A DNA stretch of 64,000 nucleotides. It comes from Candidatus Hadarchaeota archaeon (GTDB lineage: Archaea; CAYQAE01; CAYVLA01). Each line of letters starts with the position of its first letter. The first letter of the stretch is position 1. Positions 48,093 to 58,336 of the stretch are shown here, piece after piece. The notes under the pieces are model-generated. The model was not told the origin of the DNA. It saw only the letters and a program-made list of their open reading frames with translations, and made no database searches. The DNA lies in NCBI GenBank assembly GCA_964621445.1, contig CAZUNO010000004.1, positions 96,001 through 160,000 on the forward strand, in the 5' to 3' direction. Made by a program: the position numbers and the translations under genes.

Positions 48093-49317
48093 GCTGAGGG
48101 AGATGTTCAATGGGCTTTTCCGGTTCCTGGGTTGAAAGAGGGATGATTGGAATGGCTGATAATAAAACCAGTATGCCACTTAGCACGAAAGGAAGACTAA
48201 TTGAGATGGGTGAGGTCCAACCAGCTATCAGCGGCCCGATCACCCATCCAAGGTAACCTATAGCTCTAACTTTGGAAACATCGCTTCCTCGGGACGACTT
48301 TCTAGCGAAACGCTGTATTAGAGTTGCCTGCACCGGCATCCATAGCGCCGCTCCCAATAGATCGTGGGTAAGCCAGATTCCGGCCGAGGCTATGAGGTTG
48401 GGCAATAGCCCTGCTGCGGTAAGTGCCAGGCCTTCATATAGCAATGCTCCGATGTAAACTTTCTTCAGCGAGAATCTGGCAGCAATGCCCGAAAAGAGCA
48501 GGGGCAAGGCCAATGACAGGCGATGAAGAGCCAGGATCAGCGAAACCTGCTCCACAGGAGCACCGAACTTCTTGGAGAAGAATAGAGGCATTATGAAGTT
48601 ATGGCTAGTGCTCAGTCCAACGGCAAAGATGAAGCTGGAGATCGAAATCAGGGCCAGTCCCCTTGGCATGTCAAGGGAGAACATCTCACTCAGCCCTAGA
48701 TGCTCCCCAGTTACCTCCTCCTTCTGCCTTTTTTCCCTGAACCCTATTACGAAAACAATCATCGATAAACCAAGTAAGGTGCCAGATAGGTAGAAGCAAT
48801 TTGAGAAACCAAGGATCACCAGCAGTGTTCCGGCGGCTATATTTCCTCCTGCCTCCGATAGGTATTCTATTCCTCTAGACTTTGCAAAAAGGTCCGGGAA
48901 TTTCTTTGGGGCGAACTCGTATATCAGGGTTCCCTGTATGGTCTGCCTAAATCTCATGGCGGATTCTCTGAGGGTTTTGGATATCACCAAAAAGGGAAAT
49001 GAACTCAATATGGGAGCCATAACAGAGGCTATACATCCGCTGACCATTCCCACGGAATAGAAATACTTCCGACCCCATATGTCCGAGGCGCTGGCGATGT
49101 AAACGCTTGAGAAAGCTATGAATAGGGAGGCCAGCGAAAATGTTATTCCCATATTTTCAAAACTCATTCCCAGCTCATCCAGGAAATATGGAAATAGTAG
49201 ATCATATACTCCCATGGATAGGCCGAAGAGCGCCGCGGCAATTGAGATCACTGCAAAATTTCTGGTCCCTATCCGCATCCTCGATCGGGAAGAGCCGCCG
49301 TTTAAACCTGTAATCAT
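48082..49317 (-). CDS. MFS transporter
   Basis: About 12 TM helices; motif A SDIWGRK; GWVIGPLIAG. Confidence 0.88.
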   Translation of the reverse strand: MITGLNGGSSRSRMRIGTRNFAVISIAAALFGLSMGVYDLLFPYFLDELGMSFENMGITFSLASLFIAFSSVYIASASDIWGRKYFYSVGMVSGCIASVMAPILSSFPFLVISKTLRESAMRFRQTIQGTLIYEFAPKKFPDLFAKSRGIEYLSEAGGNIAAGTLLVILGFSNCFYLSGTLLGLSMIVFVIGFREKRQKEEVTGEHLGLSEMFSLDMPRGLALISISSFIFAVGLSTSHNFIMPLFFSKKFGAPVEQVSLILALHRLSLALPLLFSGIAARFSLKKVYIGALLYEGLALTAAGLLPNLIASAGIWLTHDLLGAALWMPVQATLIQRFARKSSRGSDVSKVRAIGYLGWVIGPLIAGWTSPISISLPFVLSGILVLLSAIPIIPLSTQEPEKPIEHLPQPNP

Positions 49318-49441
49318 AACTTACAAGCATCTAGGACCGGGGCATGCACTAGAGAACCGCGAAGAGCGGTGGATAGAATGAGAAAGTTTAAAGGTGTGCA
49401 GGCGCATTCTATTCTGTAAGAATGATTGGGGATGGATCGAT

Positions 49442-49750
49442 TTGCCCAAGGACGATAAAAAGAAGGCATCTACCCTCGACGAAATGATCAGGGATAAGGA
49501 GACGGAAATCAAACGTTTGAGAGAGCTGAAGAGGAAACGTACGGAGGTTCAGTTCTTTCGAGGCATCGCCGCAATCTCCAAATCAGTAGCAACAAAGCTA
49601 GAGGATGGAGAACCCCTGGGCACCACCGAGAAACTATTTCGCAAAAGGTTATATCTCGGCCTTGAAGCCCGGGAACTTCTCTCCCTTCTAACTGACAAGA
49701 TTTTCAGAAGGAAGAAAGCGGTAATCTTCACTCCCAATACATCGAGCTAG
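49442..49750 (+). CDS. Small basic coiled-coil hypothetical protein
   Basis: Fills the intergenic gap downstream of TTTAAA (49387-49392). Likely start TTG 49442 (track 49394). Confidence 0.5.
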   Translation: MPKDDKKKASTLDEMIRDKETEIKRLRELKRKRTEVQFFRGIAAISKSVATKLEDGEPLGTTEKLFRKRLYLGLEARELLSLLTDKIFRRKKAVIFTPNTSS

Positions 49751-49801
49751 TCCGACGACATTTAAAAAAGGGCCCTACTGGATTGCTGATAGTGAAAATA
49801 G

Positions 49802-50803
49802 GTGAATAGGATGCCAATAACCTGTGCCGTCGTCGGATACGGCCCTGCTTTCAACATGGGGAAAGGCCATTGTAGCTGGATATCGGAAACTGACGGTTTG
49901 GAACTATTTGCAGTTTGCGATATTGATGAGAAAAGAACTATGGCTGCCAAGAAGGATTTTCCGGATATTGAAACCTTCAACTCCATCGATGACCTAGTCG
50001 AGCAGGACTATGACATGACCACCATCGTCACGCCTCACAATACCCACGCTCCTCTGGCAATCAAGTGTTTGAGGGAGGGTAAGCACTGCATAGTAGAGAA
50101 ACCAATGTGCATATCGGTCGATGAGGCCGATAGAATGATTGATGCCGCCAATGAATCCGGAGTGATGCTCACCGTCTTTCATAACCGTCGCTGGGACGGG
50201 GACTTTCTTACCCTCAAGGACATCATTCACAGAGGGCTTCTTGGGGAAGTTTTTCAAATAGAGGCCTTCTGCGGAGGATATGGGCGGCCGAAGGGTTGGT
50301 GGCGGTCCGATAAGGTGGTTTCGGGAGGTGCCATGTACGACTGGGGGGCTCATTTCCTGGATTGGATATTGAACCTGGTCCCTTCGGACCGGGTGGAGGG
50401 CGTACACGGTTTTTTCCATAACCTGCTTTGGGATCACGTCACAAACGAGGACGATGTCAGGTCTATAATCAAGTTCCGATCCGGAACCATCGCCGATTTT
50501 CAGCAATCATCTATATCCCTCATTGGTAAGCCTAAGTGGAGGATACTGGGAACCGAGGGAGCCCTTGTAGACGGTGATAAGGAGTTCAGGGTGACCACCT
50601 CGATCGATGACTTCAAGGCAAATCTGGAGATTCCATATGAGGATTCGGACTGGCCTGGCTTCTACGATAATATAGTGGATCATTTAGTAAATGGAAAGGA
50701 ACTGGGAGTTAAGCCTGAAGAGGCCCGGCGGGTAATAGAGGTCATGGAGGCCGCGGAAAGGTCCTGGAAAAGCGGAAAAGTTGAAACCCTGAAACATGAA
50801 TAG
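49802..50803 (+). CDS. Gfo/Idh/MocA family oxidoreductase
   Basis: VVGYG, TPHNTH, VEKPM, FHNRRWDGDF, GGAMYDWGAH. Confidence 0.95.
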   Translation: MNRMPITCAVVGYGPAFNMGKGHCSWISETDGLELFAVCDIDEKRTMAAKKDFPDIETFNSIDDLVEQDYDMTTIVTPHNTHAPLAIKCLREGKHCIVEKPMCISVDEADRMIDAANESGVMLTVFHNRRWDGDFLTLKDIIHRGLLGEVFQIEAFCGGYGRPKGWWRSDKVVSGGAMYDWGAHFLDWILNLVPSDRVEGVHGFFHNLLWDHVTNEDDVRSIIKFRSGTIADFQQSSISLIGKPKWRILGTEGALVDGDKEFRVTTSIDDFKANLEIPYEDSDWPGFYDNIVDHLVNGKELGVKPEEARRVIEVMEAAERSWKSGKVETLKHE

Positions 50804-50819
50804 GTCGCTTACGCTACAA

Positions 50820-51461
50820 CTACTCCATATCTAGTATCTTCCTAGCGAGTTCTCTACAGGTGGATTCTATTTCCGGTTTGGATGGATCAGGTTCCTTATC
50901 CAGATACTGCCTTAGTCCCTCCTTGATCATATTTGTTTTGCGTTCAAATTTCTCCTCATCAAGGGGCTTGGACCCCTGTAGTTTTTCCTCACCCTCCATG
51001 AATCCCTCTGCAAAATACCAGTCCTTGTACCACCTGCATCCACCAACGTAGAGGAGATATCCAATCGGGGTAGCCGCCTCGGGGATATTGAACATGAGGG
51101 CCTGAGCAGTTAATCTATGATCGGGGTACTTGACCATTATATGGCTGCCCCGAGGAATCATATCGCATAGAAATTTGAAGAGCTCCTCCTCATTTCCCAG
51201 AGTTAGATCTATCTCCGATCCCCCGGCATGGAATCCATTTACGTACCTCACCTCTAACCATGGACGATAGTACTTTCCAAAACCGCGGAAATACAGTACC
51301 GAAGCCGTTGCAGGCTCTAGCTTTCCCCGTTCGCGATCAACGAGGTAGAGATCAAATCTTATCTCTCCCTCACCTCTTCCACGAGATACGTTCTCGATCT
51401 TGGTCCTGAACTTTCCTACTTCCTGCTCATCAAGCTCGGAAACATCGTCATACAGCGACAT
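50820..51461 (-). CDS. DUF1122 family protein
   Basis: YYRPWLE, ATPIGYLL, KDWYFAEGFMEGEEKLQG. Confidence 0.8.
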   Translation of the reverse strand: MSLYDDVSELDEQEVGKFRTKIENVSRGRGEGEIRFDLYLVDRERGKLEPATASVLYFRGFGKYYRPWLEVRYVNGFHAGGSEIDLTLGNEEELFKFLCDMIPRGSHIMVKYPDHRLTAQALMFNIPEAATPIGYLLYVGGCRWYKDWYFAEGFMEGEEKLQGSKPLDEEKFERKTNMIKEGLRQYLDKEPDPSKPEIESTCRELARKILDME

Positions 51462-51548
51462 TTACTTCCCGGACCAGAAAGGTTGTGGACCTTGATAAGG
51501 CTTGATCGGTCAGGTTAATGATGCCAATGATCGTCGTTCCCAAAACCA

Positions 51549-52469
51549 TTATTGGGACTCTATCATCTCGGGGTATTTCTCCTCTATGGCCTCTCGGTAT
51601 TGCTTAACTACCTCATCAGGAACCGGAATAAAGGGCTTACCGGGTATGCCACAGTCAAAGACCCCGAAGGCGTTTGTATAGGCCTTAAATCTGGGTATGG
51701 CTCCGTATTCCTTTCCAAATTCAAGCCCATCGAGGAAAGTCCACACGTCCTTTAGCTTGTGCTGCATCTTCATTGCGTGGTCCCACTTGCCATCCTTACA
51801 TTTCCTGTAAATATCCATTATGAACCTGGGAAACATGGATGCCGACATGGAGAATAGGCCTTTTGCACCGAGCTTCATGGTTGGTACGAAGTAATGCAAT
51901 TCGCTAGCGGTCATGGGGATAAGATCGGTGAAACGCATTATGTCCAGCTGGAGCTTAATGGTGGTTATCTCCTTGCTGCCGCACATTGACGGTATATTGG
52001 CCAACTCCTTGAATGTGTCAACGGTGTGGAGCTGTGCAGTGTTCCCGTTGTTGTATACTATGAGCCCTATCTCCGGGCAGGCCTCGGCCAAGTCCCTCCA
52101 GTACCCTACTAGTTCCTCCTCACGTATATTCACGTAGAATGGGCTGACGTTCATGACCGCATCGGCCCCACAGTCCTGGGCATACTTGGTTTTCTTGATC
52201 GCTTCCTCGGTATTCACGCCCGAGCACCCGGGTATGGCCAGCGTGCCACCGGATACCTCCTCAACGAGGACCTCGATCAGTCTCTTGTGGTCATCCCAGG
52301 TTATGGTATGGAACTCACCCACGCTGCCGGTGGTTACAATTCCGTCAACCCCGGCCTCGCAAAGCGCCTGGACCTCCCGCCTCATTCGATCCTCATCGAA
52401 TCTTCTGTCCTTGTTAATGGGCGTCGGAGCTATAACATAGATGCCCTCCATAGTCTCCCTAGTCAGCAA
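51549..52469 (-). CDS. Dihydrodipicolinate synthase / class I aldolase family protein
   Basis: TGSVGEF, GADAVM...PFY, IVYN, GSKE (Schiff-base lysine). Likely start TTG 52469. Confidence 0.9.
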   Translation of the reverse strand: MLTRETMEGIYVIAPTPINKDRRFDEDRMRREVQALCEAGVDGIVTTGSVGEFHTITWDDHKRLIEVLVEEVSGGTLAIPGCSGVNTEEAIKKTKYAQDCGADAVMNVSPFYVNIREEELVGYWRDLAEACPEIGLIVYNNGNTAQLHTVDTFKELANIPSMCGSKEITTIKLQLDIMRFTDLIPMTASELHYFVPTMKLGAKGLFSMSASMFPRFIMDIYRKCKDGKWDHAMKMQHKLKDVWTFLDGLEFGKEYGAIPRFKAYTNAFGVFDCGIPGKPFIPVPDEVVKQYREAIEEKYPEMIESQ

Positions 52470-52527
52470 AATCAGTTCACCACAATTAATCGTAGAGGGT
52501 TGTTGAAAAATGGGACCTTCCAAAATT

Positions 52528-53229
52528 TTATGGCAAGTAACGTCTAGTGGGATTACGAGGCCAGGTCTTCTCCCTGGTGAATGCCTCCGCGTATTTGGCA
52601 CCGCATTGCAGTCCCCTGAACTCCGCTACCGTGGTGACGAATTTAACTATGTCGATTCCATCATGATTCTTTAGCCACTGAACCTGACTGGCATGGCACC
52701 CCAGCATCTCGATTTTCTTGTCAAATGTCTCCTCTATATCCACGTATTCCTCGGGCTGGAATTGTAATCCGGCGATGGTATCCATGTAATAAATGGGAGT
52801 TATTTTTTCGTGATGAGGGTGCTCGGTGGTTAGATGAGGAAGGGTTGCCATGAAGCTAGCGTCAAAAATCATTCTGGAGGTCAATTTATGGTCGGGCATG
52901 TAGTCATCCGGATGGTGGGTGATTATCAGATCAGGCTTCGATCTTCTTATCAGTTCCACAAAATCCATCTTTATTTCCCTATCCATCTCCATTTCCAGGT
53001 CGGATATCCCTAAACCTATTGACTGGGCGTCGATTAACGAGCTAGATTTCTCTGCCTCCTCGGCCCGGGTCCTCGCTAGTTCCTTGGGAGGGATCTCAAA
53101 ATGTCCTTTGTCACCATTGCAGGCATGGGACATTACAACATCATGGCCTTTCCGCCTGTAGAGAGCAAGGGTTCCCGCACAGAGAATCTCAAGGTCATCT
53201 GGATGTGCACCAACGGCCAGTATGTTCAT
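52528..53229 (-). CDS. PIG-L/LmbE family N-deacetylase
   Basis: AHPDDLE, THHPDDYMPDH, CHASQ, YAEAF. Confidence 0.93.
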   Translation of the reverse strand: MNILAVGAHPDDLEILCAGTLALYRRKGHDVVMSHACNGDKGHFEIPPKELARTRAEEAEKSSSLIDAQSIGLGISDLEMEMDREIKMDFVELIRRSKPDLIITHHPDDYMPDHKLTSRMIFDASFMATLPHLTTEHPHHEKITPIYYMDTIAGLQFQPEEYVDIEETFDKKIEMLGCHASQVQWLKNHDGIDIVKFVTTVAEFRGLQCGAKYAEAFTREKTWPRNPTRRYLP

Positions 53230-53260
53230 ATCAACCCTTCCCGATTGAGGAAATAACCCA

Positions 53261-54247
53261 TTAATCCCTGATCAAGACCACCTTGAAAACGATCACCAGA
53301 CTGACTGCTATGCCCACGGCCCATAGAAATCCAAGACGAAGCAATCTTCTTTTCTCTATTCTATTCTGGAGTTCCTCGGCTTCCTGGGCCAGATCGGCCC
53401 TCCTCGACACCTCATCGCTTAGGGCCTCCTCGGAAATTTCCTTTAAACGCGAATATCTCGGGCTGTTATCAATAGTCCAACTGAGCGAGTTTATGAAGAG
53501 CTCTCTGAATTCCTCGCGTTCCGTCAAGTACCCAAAATAGTTATTTCTATCCGGATTATCCTGCACGGTAAGCCCGGGAAAGGCAACCGAAGCTCCTCCA
53601 TCCGCAAGTTCGTGGGCTACGATGAGTGGTGCTCCCTTATCTCCCTCATAGAGAACGTGACGGGTTCCGGGTGCGGGTATCTCAACATAGTTCCCACTTC
53701 TATCGCTGGAGTAGAAGGCGAGATAACCCTCCATGTAGAGTTTAGAGGGCAATCCCCCGTTAATCTCCTCCAGGCTTTCCTTCTTGACGTACTCAAAAAC
53801 GGTCCTGCCATCAACGGTCTGTGATCTAAGAGATCTATTCCCGCCAATTGAAAAGACCGAGGGACCTAGCTGGGGAGCATATCGGCTGGTGCAGGCGTCA
53901 CCCAATCCGATAACGGCTCCTCCATCCTCGAAATAGGCGATTGTCATGTCCGAGATATCCTCCAATGTAGCCTGTAACCTGGTTATCGGACATACTATGA
54001 CCGCTTGCACCCTGGGAAAATTGACTACGGTCTCGTATATCTGCCTATCATCAACCAGCTGTATCTCCGCCTCGAATTGCCCAGTATCTCGAATTATATC
54101 CGCCAGTGCTTCTCCCCACTCCATAGTTGGCCCACAGTAAATTAGAATTATCGGCGATTGCCCCTCTCCGTGAACCGAAGCCAATAAAAGCATGGCGCAG
54201 ATCATGGCCATTGTAAGGCCCAATACTCGATGGTTCAAAGGCTCCAC
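53261..54247 (-). CDS. Membrane-anchored exported hypothetical protein (GATase/ThuA-like fold suspected)
   Basis: Signal peptide, YFEDGGAVIGLG, ELFINSLSW, short coiled coil, C-terminal TM helix. Confidence 0.6.
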   Translation of the reverse strand: MEPLNHRVLGLTMAMICAMLLLASVHGEGQSPIILIYCGPTMEWGEALADIIRDTGQFEAEIQLVDDRQIYETVVNFPRVQAVIVCPITRLQATLEDISDMTIAYFEDGGAVIGLGDACTSRYAPQLGPSVFSIGGNRSLRSQTVDGRTVFEYVKKESLEEINGGLPSKLYMEGYLAFYSSDRSGNYVEIPAPGTRHVLYEGDKGAPLIVAHELADGGASVAFPGLTVQDNPDRNNYFGYLTEREEFRELFINSLSWTIDNSPRYSRLKEISEEALSDEVSRRADLAQEAEELQNRIEKRRLLRLGFLWAVGIAVSLVIVFKVVLIRD

Positions 54248-55143
54248 CCGCCCTTTTCGAATGGGACAAGGTTCATCTCATTGACCTCAAGCTCACCATT
54301 TGCATAGACCCTCACGTGTTGAATCATATATCTCCGGTGCTCCATCTGCCTGACCCTGTGAGGTAGGGTGCTTAGGGTTGATTCCACATTCATCTGTATG
54401 AGTATCTGGTCATCGGCCTCCGTGTTATCAAAGGTAATTGAACCTGATGGAGGAGCGGCCTCGATAGGAGTCGTATCAGGGGAGAGCTCGGTGGTTTCCT
54501 GATAAACGGTCTCGTTTTGGTTGTGGCTTATCGAGAGGTATTTGATATTTTGACTTCTTCTGTAGAAGAAGTCAGGAACCCCTGTGAAGTATAGTATTTC
54601 TCCATTATCCCCCTTCAAAACCGCATAAACCATCGAGATCTGCCCCAACAGTGAATGATTCAGGAATAGTCCGAGGGTCCTGGAAAAATCATAGATTACT
54701 CCGGTGTATTCCACGGGATAACTTAAATTGCCACCCCTTGCGGTTACATTCAGAATATCTATGGGGACACTCACATTACCCAGATTCTCTCTCAGAGCGT
54801 GGATATCCTTTCTTGCTTCCATGATTTCTATCGGTTGACTTTGGTTGGGTAAGAATTCAGGATCCGCAAATTCTGGTTTCGGAGCCATGAATAGATTGGT
54901 GTATCGGACCTCCACCTGCTTGAATGCCTCTTTACATATGACACCGAACGTGAAGATCATGGTTTCGCCCCGCGACTGGGTACTCTTGAATTGGGAGGGC
55001 CAGTCATTCTTCGCAAGGTAAACCGGGCTGCCTTCTTCATGACTCCCCAGAGAAATCACGAGCAGAGTGGACAGAATCAGGATGACCACAAGTATTCCTC
55101 CCAGCCCACTCTTGCCGGAATTGACTTTCAATTTATCACCCAC
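54235..55143 (-). CDS. Exported hypothetical protein
   Basis: N-terminal TM or signal segment, NxS/T sequons, overlaps the next gene. Confidence 0.65.
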   Translation of the reverse strand: MGDKLKVNSGKSGLGGILVVILILSTLLVISLGSHEEGSPVYLAKNDWPSQFKSTQSRGETMIFTFGVICKEAFKQVEVRYTNLFMAPKPEFADPEFLPNQSQPIEIMEARKDIHALRENLGNVSVPIDILNVTARGGNLSYPVEYTGVIYDFSRTLGLFLNHSLLGQISMVYAVLKGDNGEILYFTGVPDFFYRRSQNIKYLSISHNQNETVYQETTELSPDTTPIEAAPPSGSITFDNTEADDQILIQMNVESTLSTLPHRVRQMEHRRYMIQHVRVYANGELEVNEMNLVPFEKGGWSL

Positions 55144-55199
55144 TTTTGACGAACAAACGGTTATTCGTACCCTGCTTTAAATCCTTTCCGGATTCCGGG

Positions 55200-55634
55200 C
55201 TACCATTGGTCCCCGCTTTGGGTAACTAAAAGGCGGAGACCGTCCTCTACGGAACGAACCATAATTTCGTTTCCCTTCCCTATGTCACCGGATTCCGCAC
55301 GGGCCTTCCATATCTCCCCTCTCACTTTCACCCTTCCATCGGGGTTCAGATCCTCAAGGGCCTCCCCCTGGAGCCCGATCATCGATCCAGCCCCCACCCT
55401 TTTCTCATTATAGGCAACGGTGTATACCAACTTCATCTGCAAGGGATACGATATCACCACTATTACCAGGGCGCCGATTACCAGAAAAAAGAACACCGAA
55501 TTGGAAAGACCGAATTGGACCTTGGCCACGAAAATAAAGCCCAGAGCCACTAGGAAGTATATCACCCTTAACAGGGCCATTCTGGATTTGGAAAAATCCA
55601 TCTGTATATCCTTCGACTTCCCGTTCCCGTTCAC
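55200..55634 (-). CDS. NfeD family protein (short form)
   Basis: Two TM helices plus OB-fold motif MIGLQGEALEDLNPDGRVKVRGEIWKA. Start GTG 55634 (GTGA overlap) or ATG 55601. Confidence 0.88.
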   Translation of the reverse strand: MNGNGKSKDIQMDFSKSRMALLRVIYFLVALGFIFVAKVQFGLSNSVFFFLVIGALVIVVISYPLQMKLVYTVAYNEKRVGAGSMIGLQGEALEDLNPDGRVKVRGEIWKARAESGDIGKGNEIMVRSVEDGLRLLVTQSGDQW

Positions 55635-58192
55635 TTCTCGCGTCTCCTCCTCAAAAAGAGGAGCAAACCCAGCGCCGTTACCAGGCCAAGCACAAAAATC
55701 GAGACCCTGATAAGGGTGGGAACCCACTCCGGTCCTGCTAAGTCATTGGCCATGTCGATTAGATCATTGCATTTCGATTCCTTATATTCCTGATCCAATG
55801 CCGCCTCAAAATGCGTTTTTGCCGCCGCCGCCAGGGTGGAATTGGAGTGCATGAGCGCCTTTGATAGCGAACGCAGTCCTAAAACGTAATCGCTGGGGGA
55901 AAAGGTACACTCATAAGCCATCTTGACCGAGTTCCATGCTAGGTCATAGTCCCCCAACTTAAGATAACAGTAGGATGAATCCTCATAAGCCGAGAGTGAT
56001 TTTTGGTAATCCTCACCGAAATACCTCAGCTCACCAAGGTTCCAGTATTGCTCGGCAGCCACCTTCCACTCACCCTCCTCCGAATTCTCAGCAGCAAGAG
56101 AGGCGAGCTCATCACCGCCATGATCAATATCAAGCATTATCTTCATGTCCTTCAGCATGAACTCCATATCCGTATCCCCTGTGACTCTGCTTATCTCCTC
56201 CAGGGTGGTGAGCGCATTTTGCCTGCTGCCCTGGTTTGCCTGGTCCTTCCAATCCAGAGCTTGTTTGAGAAGATCAAGGAACTTTCTATTCGAACTATGC
56301 AGTCCGTGATGCACGGACTGCACACTGTCCAGGGCTGATCGGGCCCGCTCTAGGTCCCCGGAGATAAGGTAACATAGACCCGAAAATAGCTCATTAACCG
56401 TATGGCTTCGGAAATCGAATACGGATAGATCCTCCTCTGCAATGTCCTGGTATATGGAGGCAGCGGTGGAGTATATCCGTGCATAGGTGGCCAGCACTGC
56501 TTGTGTTGACCCCAGATAGCTTTGATTAAGGGTCTGGGCCATTCTCCTGGCAAGAAAAAGGTCACCGGCTCTGCGATATGATTTCACCAGGCCCTTGGTT
56601 AGACTCGTCATTGAGGCCAGTGATGAGGGGGAGCTCTGAAGGTAGCTACTTACGACCCCTATGAGTTGATCCGAGGCCTGGGAATACGTCTCGGAGGCCA
56701 GTCCCGTTTCCCCCATGCGATACTGGGCATCTGCAATTGAAACCAGTATCAAAGGAGAGTTCTGGGATTGCTCCTCCATAATATTACGCAAGACGGATAT
56801 CAGTTTCTGGTAGCTATCGCTAGCCTGGGTCATGTTGCCCGCTTTCCGGTAGTAATCCGCAGCAAGTTTGAGTCTGGAGGCCGCGGAGGAAAGATTTCCG
56901 GAAACGATGTCACTATTTCCCAGCTGACGGTAAAGGTTGGCCGCATCCGAGTAGGCCTTCTGGTATGTAACATTTCCTGCGATCTTCAATAGAAAACCGG
57001 CCTCCGCAAGATTCCTAGCGGCCAGGGTATCGTTACCGGAATCCAGAGCATTCTGGCCCATTAGCCGGTAGACGGAGCCAGCAATACCGTTAAGCATCCG
57101 GAAACCCGTCTCATTTTTGATCACATATCTCAGCTCCGCCGCTGCCGAAAAATTACCCCCCGAATTTCGGTAGTCCTCTTTGTGTCCGAGCAAATACCCA
57201 GTTGCCTCCATAGATGAAGCCAGTTCCCCAATCTTTTCTCTGGAGTAACTCGCCAGGTCTTCGATTCTCCCCGGCATCTCCAGATATCCATAGATGTATA
57301 ATGACTCCTCAAGGGGGCTTTTTAGGGAGAGATAGGTGGAGTAATTCCAGGTTGATGGCTCCATAACATGAGACCGATAGGAGTCCGCCGCTGCTTCAAG
57401 TTCTTGATTAACCCCCTTTTCATCATCATGCTCGGAATAAAAAATGGCAGCGCTGGTATGATAGTAAGCTGCATATGATTTGAACCCCATTTCGGCTGCT
57501 AGCTCCGCGGTTTTGGACATCTGAACTGCGGACTGCTGGACATCGCCAAGAAGCTCGGTGAAGACGGGGAGATAATAGAGGTCCAAAACATCGAAAATTG
57601 AAGGATCTCCGTTTCTCAGGGAGGTGCTTCTCATCTTGTATACCGATTCGTTGAGCTTTGTAAGGGAGTCCTGGAAACGCTCTTTAGATATTGGCAAAAA
57701 CACCCTGCCCGCCCTATATAGGGACTTGATCTTGAGGGTGAGATTTGAGCTGATTTCAGCCGACATAAGGTAGGTGTCCCCTGCTTTCTCCTGGGTGACC
57801 ACGAATTCCCTGGTTTTGTTGCTGATGTTGTACAGGTAGGCGCTGTTCTCATAGGCCTCGGCCCCGGACAGATAGTATCCATTATCGACAAATGAGTCCC
57901 CTGCCCTTCCGTACGCAGCCGCCGCATTATCCACCTGCCTTTCGTATTCCTGGAGTGAACCTATGGCCGCGTATATGCTAGCAGACCTTCTATAACTTAG
58001 ACCAGCAGCGGTGTAATTTCCGATGCTAATATAGGCCTGAGCAGCTAAATCGTACTTCTGTGCAGCCGTGGCATAATTCCCGGATTCCATGGCCTCCCTA
58101 GCCATGTCCTCGTATTCCTTTGGGGTAACCGAGTTCACATTCGCGGTTAGGGCTAGCAGGATTATGGGAATAAGAATTATGGACCAACGCAT
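55631..58192 (-). CDS. Large surface protein with TPR/alpha-SNAP-like helical repeats and C-terminal membrane anchor
   Basis: Signal peptide; repeated AAxxYxxAAxxYxxxG(N/D) units; many NxS/T sequons; TM helix followed by RRRREK. Confidence 0.75.
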   Translation of the reverse strand: MRWSIILIPIILLALTANVNSVTPKEYEDMAREAMESGNYATAAQKYDLAAQAYISIGNYTAAGLSYRRSASIYAAIGSLQEYERQVDNAAAAYGRAGDSFVDNGYYLSGAEAYENSAYLYNISNKTREFVVTQEKAGDTYLMSAEISSNLTLKIKSLYRAGRVFLPISKERFQDSLTKLNESVYKMRSTSLRNGDPSIFDVLDLYYLPVFTELLGDVQQSAVQMSKTAELAAEMGFKSYAAYYHTSAAIFYSEHDDEKGVNQELEAAADSYRSHVMEPSTWNYSTYLSLKSPLEESLYIYGYLEMPGRIEDLASYSREKIGELASSMEATGYLLGHKEDYRNSGGNFSAAAELRYVIKNETGFRMLNGIAGSVYRLMGQNALDSGNDTLAARNLAEAGFLLKIAGNVTYQKAYSDAANLYRQLGNSDIVSGNLSSAASRLKLAADYYRKAGNMTQASDSYQKLISVLRNIMEEQSQNSPLILVSIADAQYRMGETGLASETYSQASDQLIGVVSSYLQSSPSSLASMTSLTKGLVKSYRRAGDLFLARRMAQTLNQSYLGSTQAVLATYARIYSTAASIYQDIAEEDLSVFDFRSHTVNELFSGLCYLISGDLERARSALDSVQSVHHGLHSSNRKFLDLLKQALDWKDQANQGSRQNALTTLEEISRVTGDTDMEFMLKDMKIMLDIDHGGDELASLAAENSEEGEWKVAAEQYWNLGELRYFGEDYQKSLSAYEDSSYCYLKLGDYDLAWNSVKMAYECTFSPSDYVLGLRSLSKALMHSNSTLAAAAKTHFEAALDQEYKESKCNDLIDMANDLAGPEWVPTLIRVSIFVLGLVTALGLLLFLRRRREK

Positions 58193-58336
58193 TAACCCCG
58201 AACTCCAAATAGAAAGGTAAATGACTCGATTTAACTCTTTTCGGATCCTGGATTTTTATGTCCTAGCGCTTGGGAGTTGGGGTCCAGGAAGACTTTTAAA
58301 TATAGGACCTTGCTGGAGAGTGTAAGGCGTTTCCAG

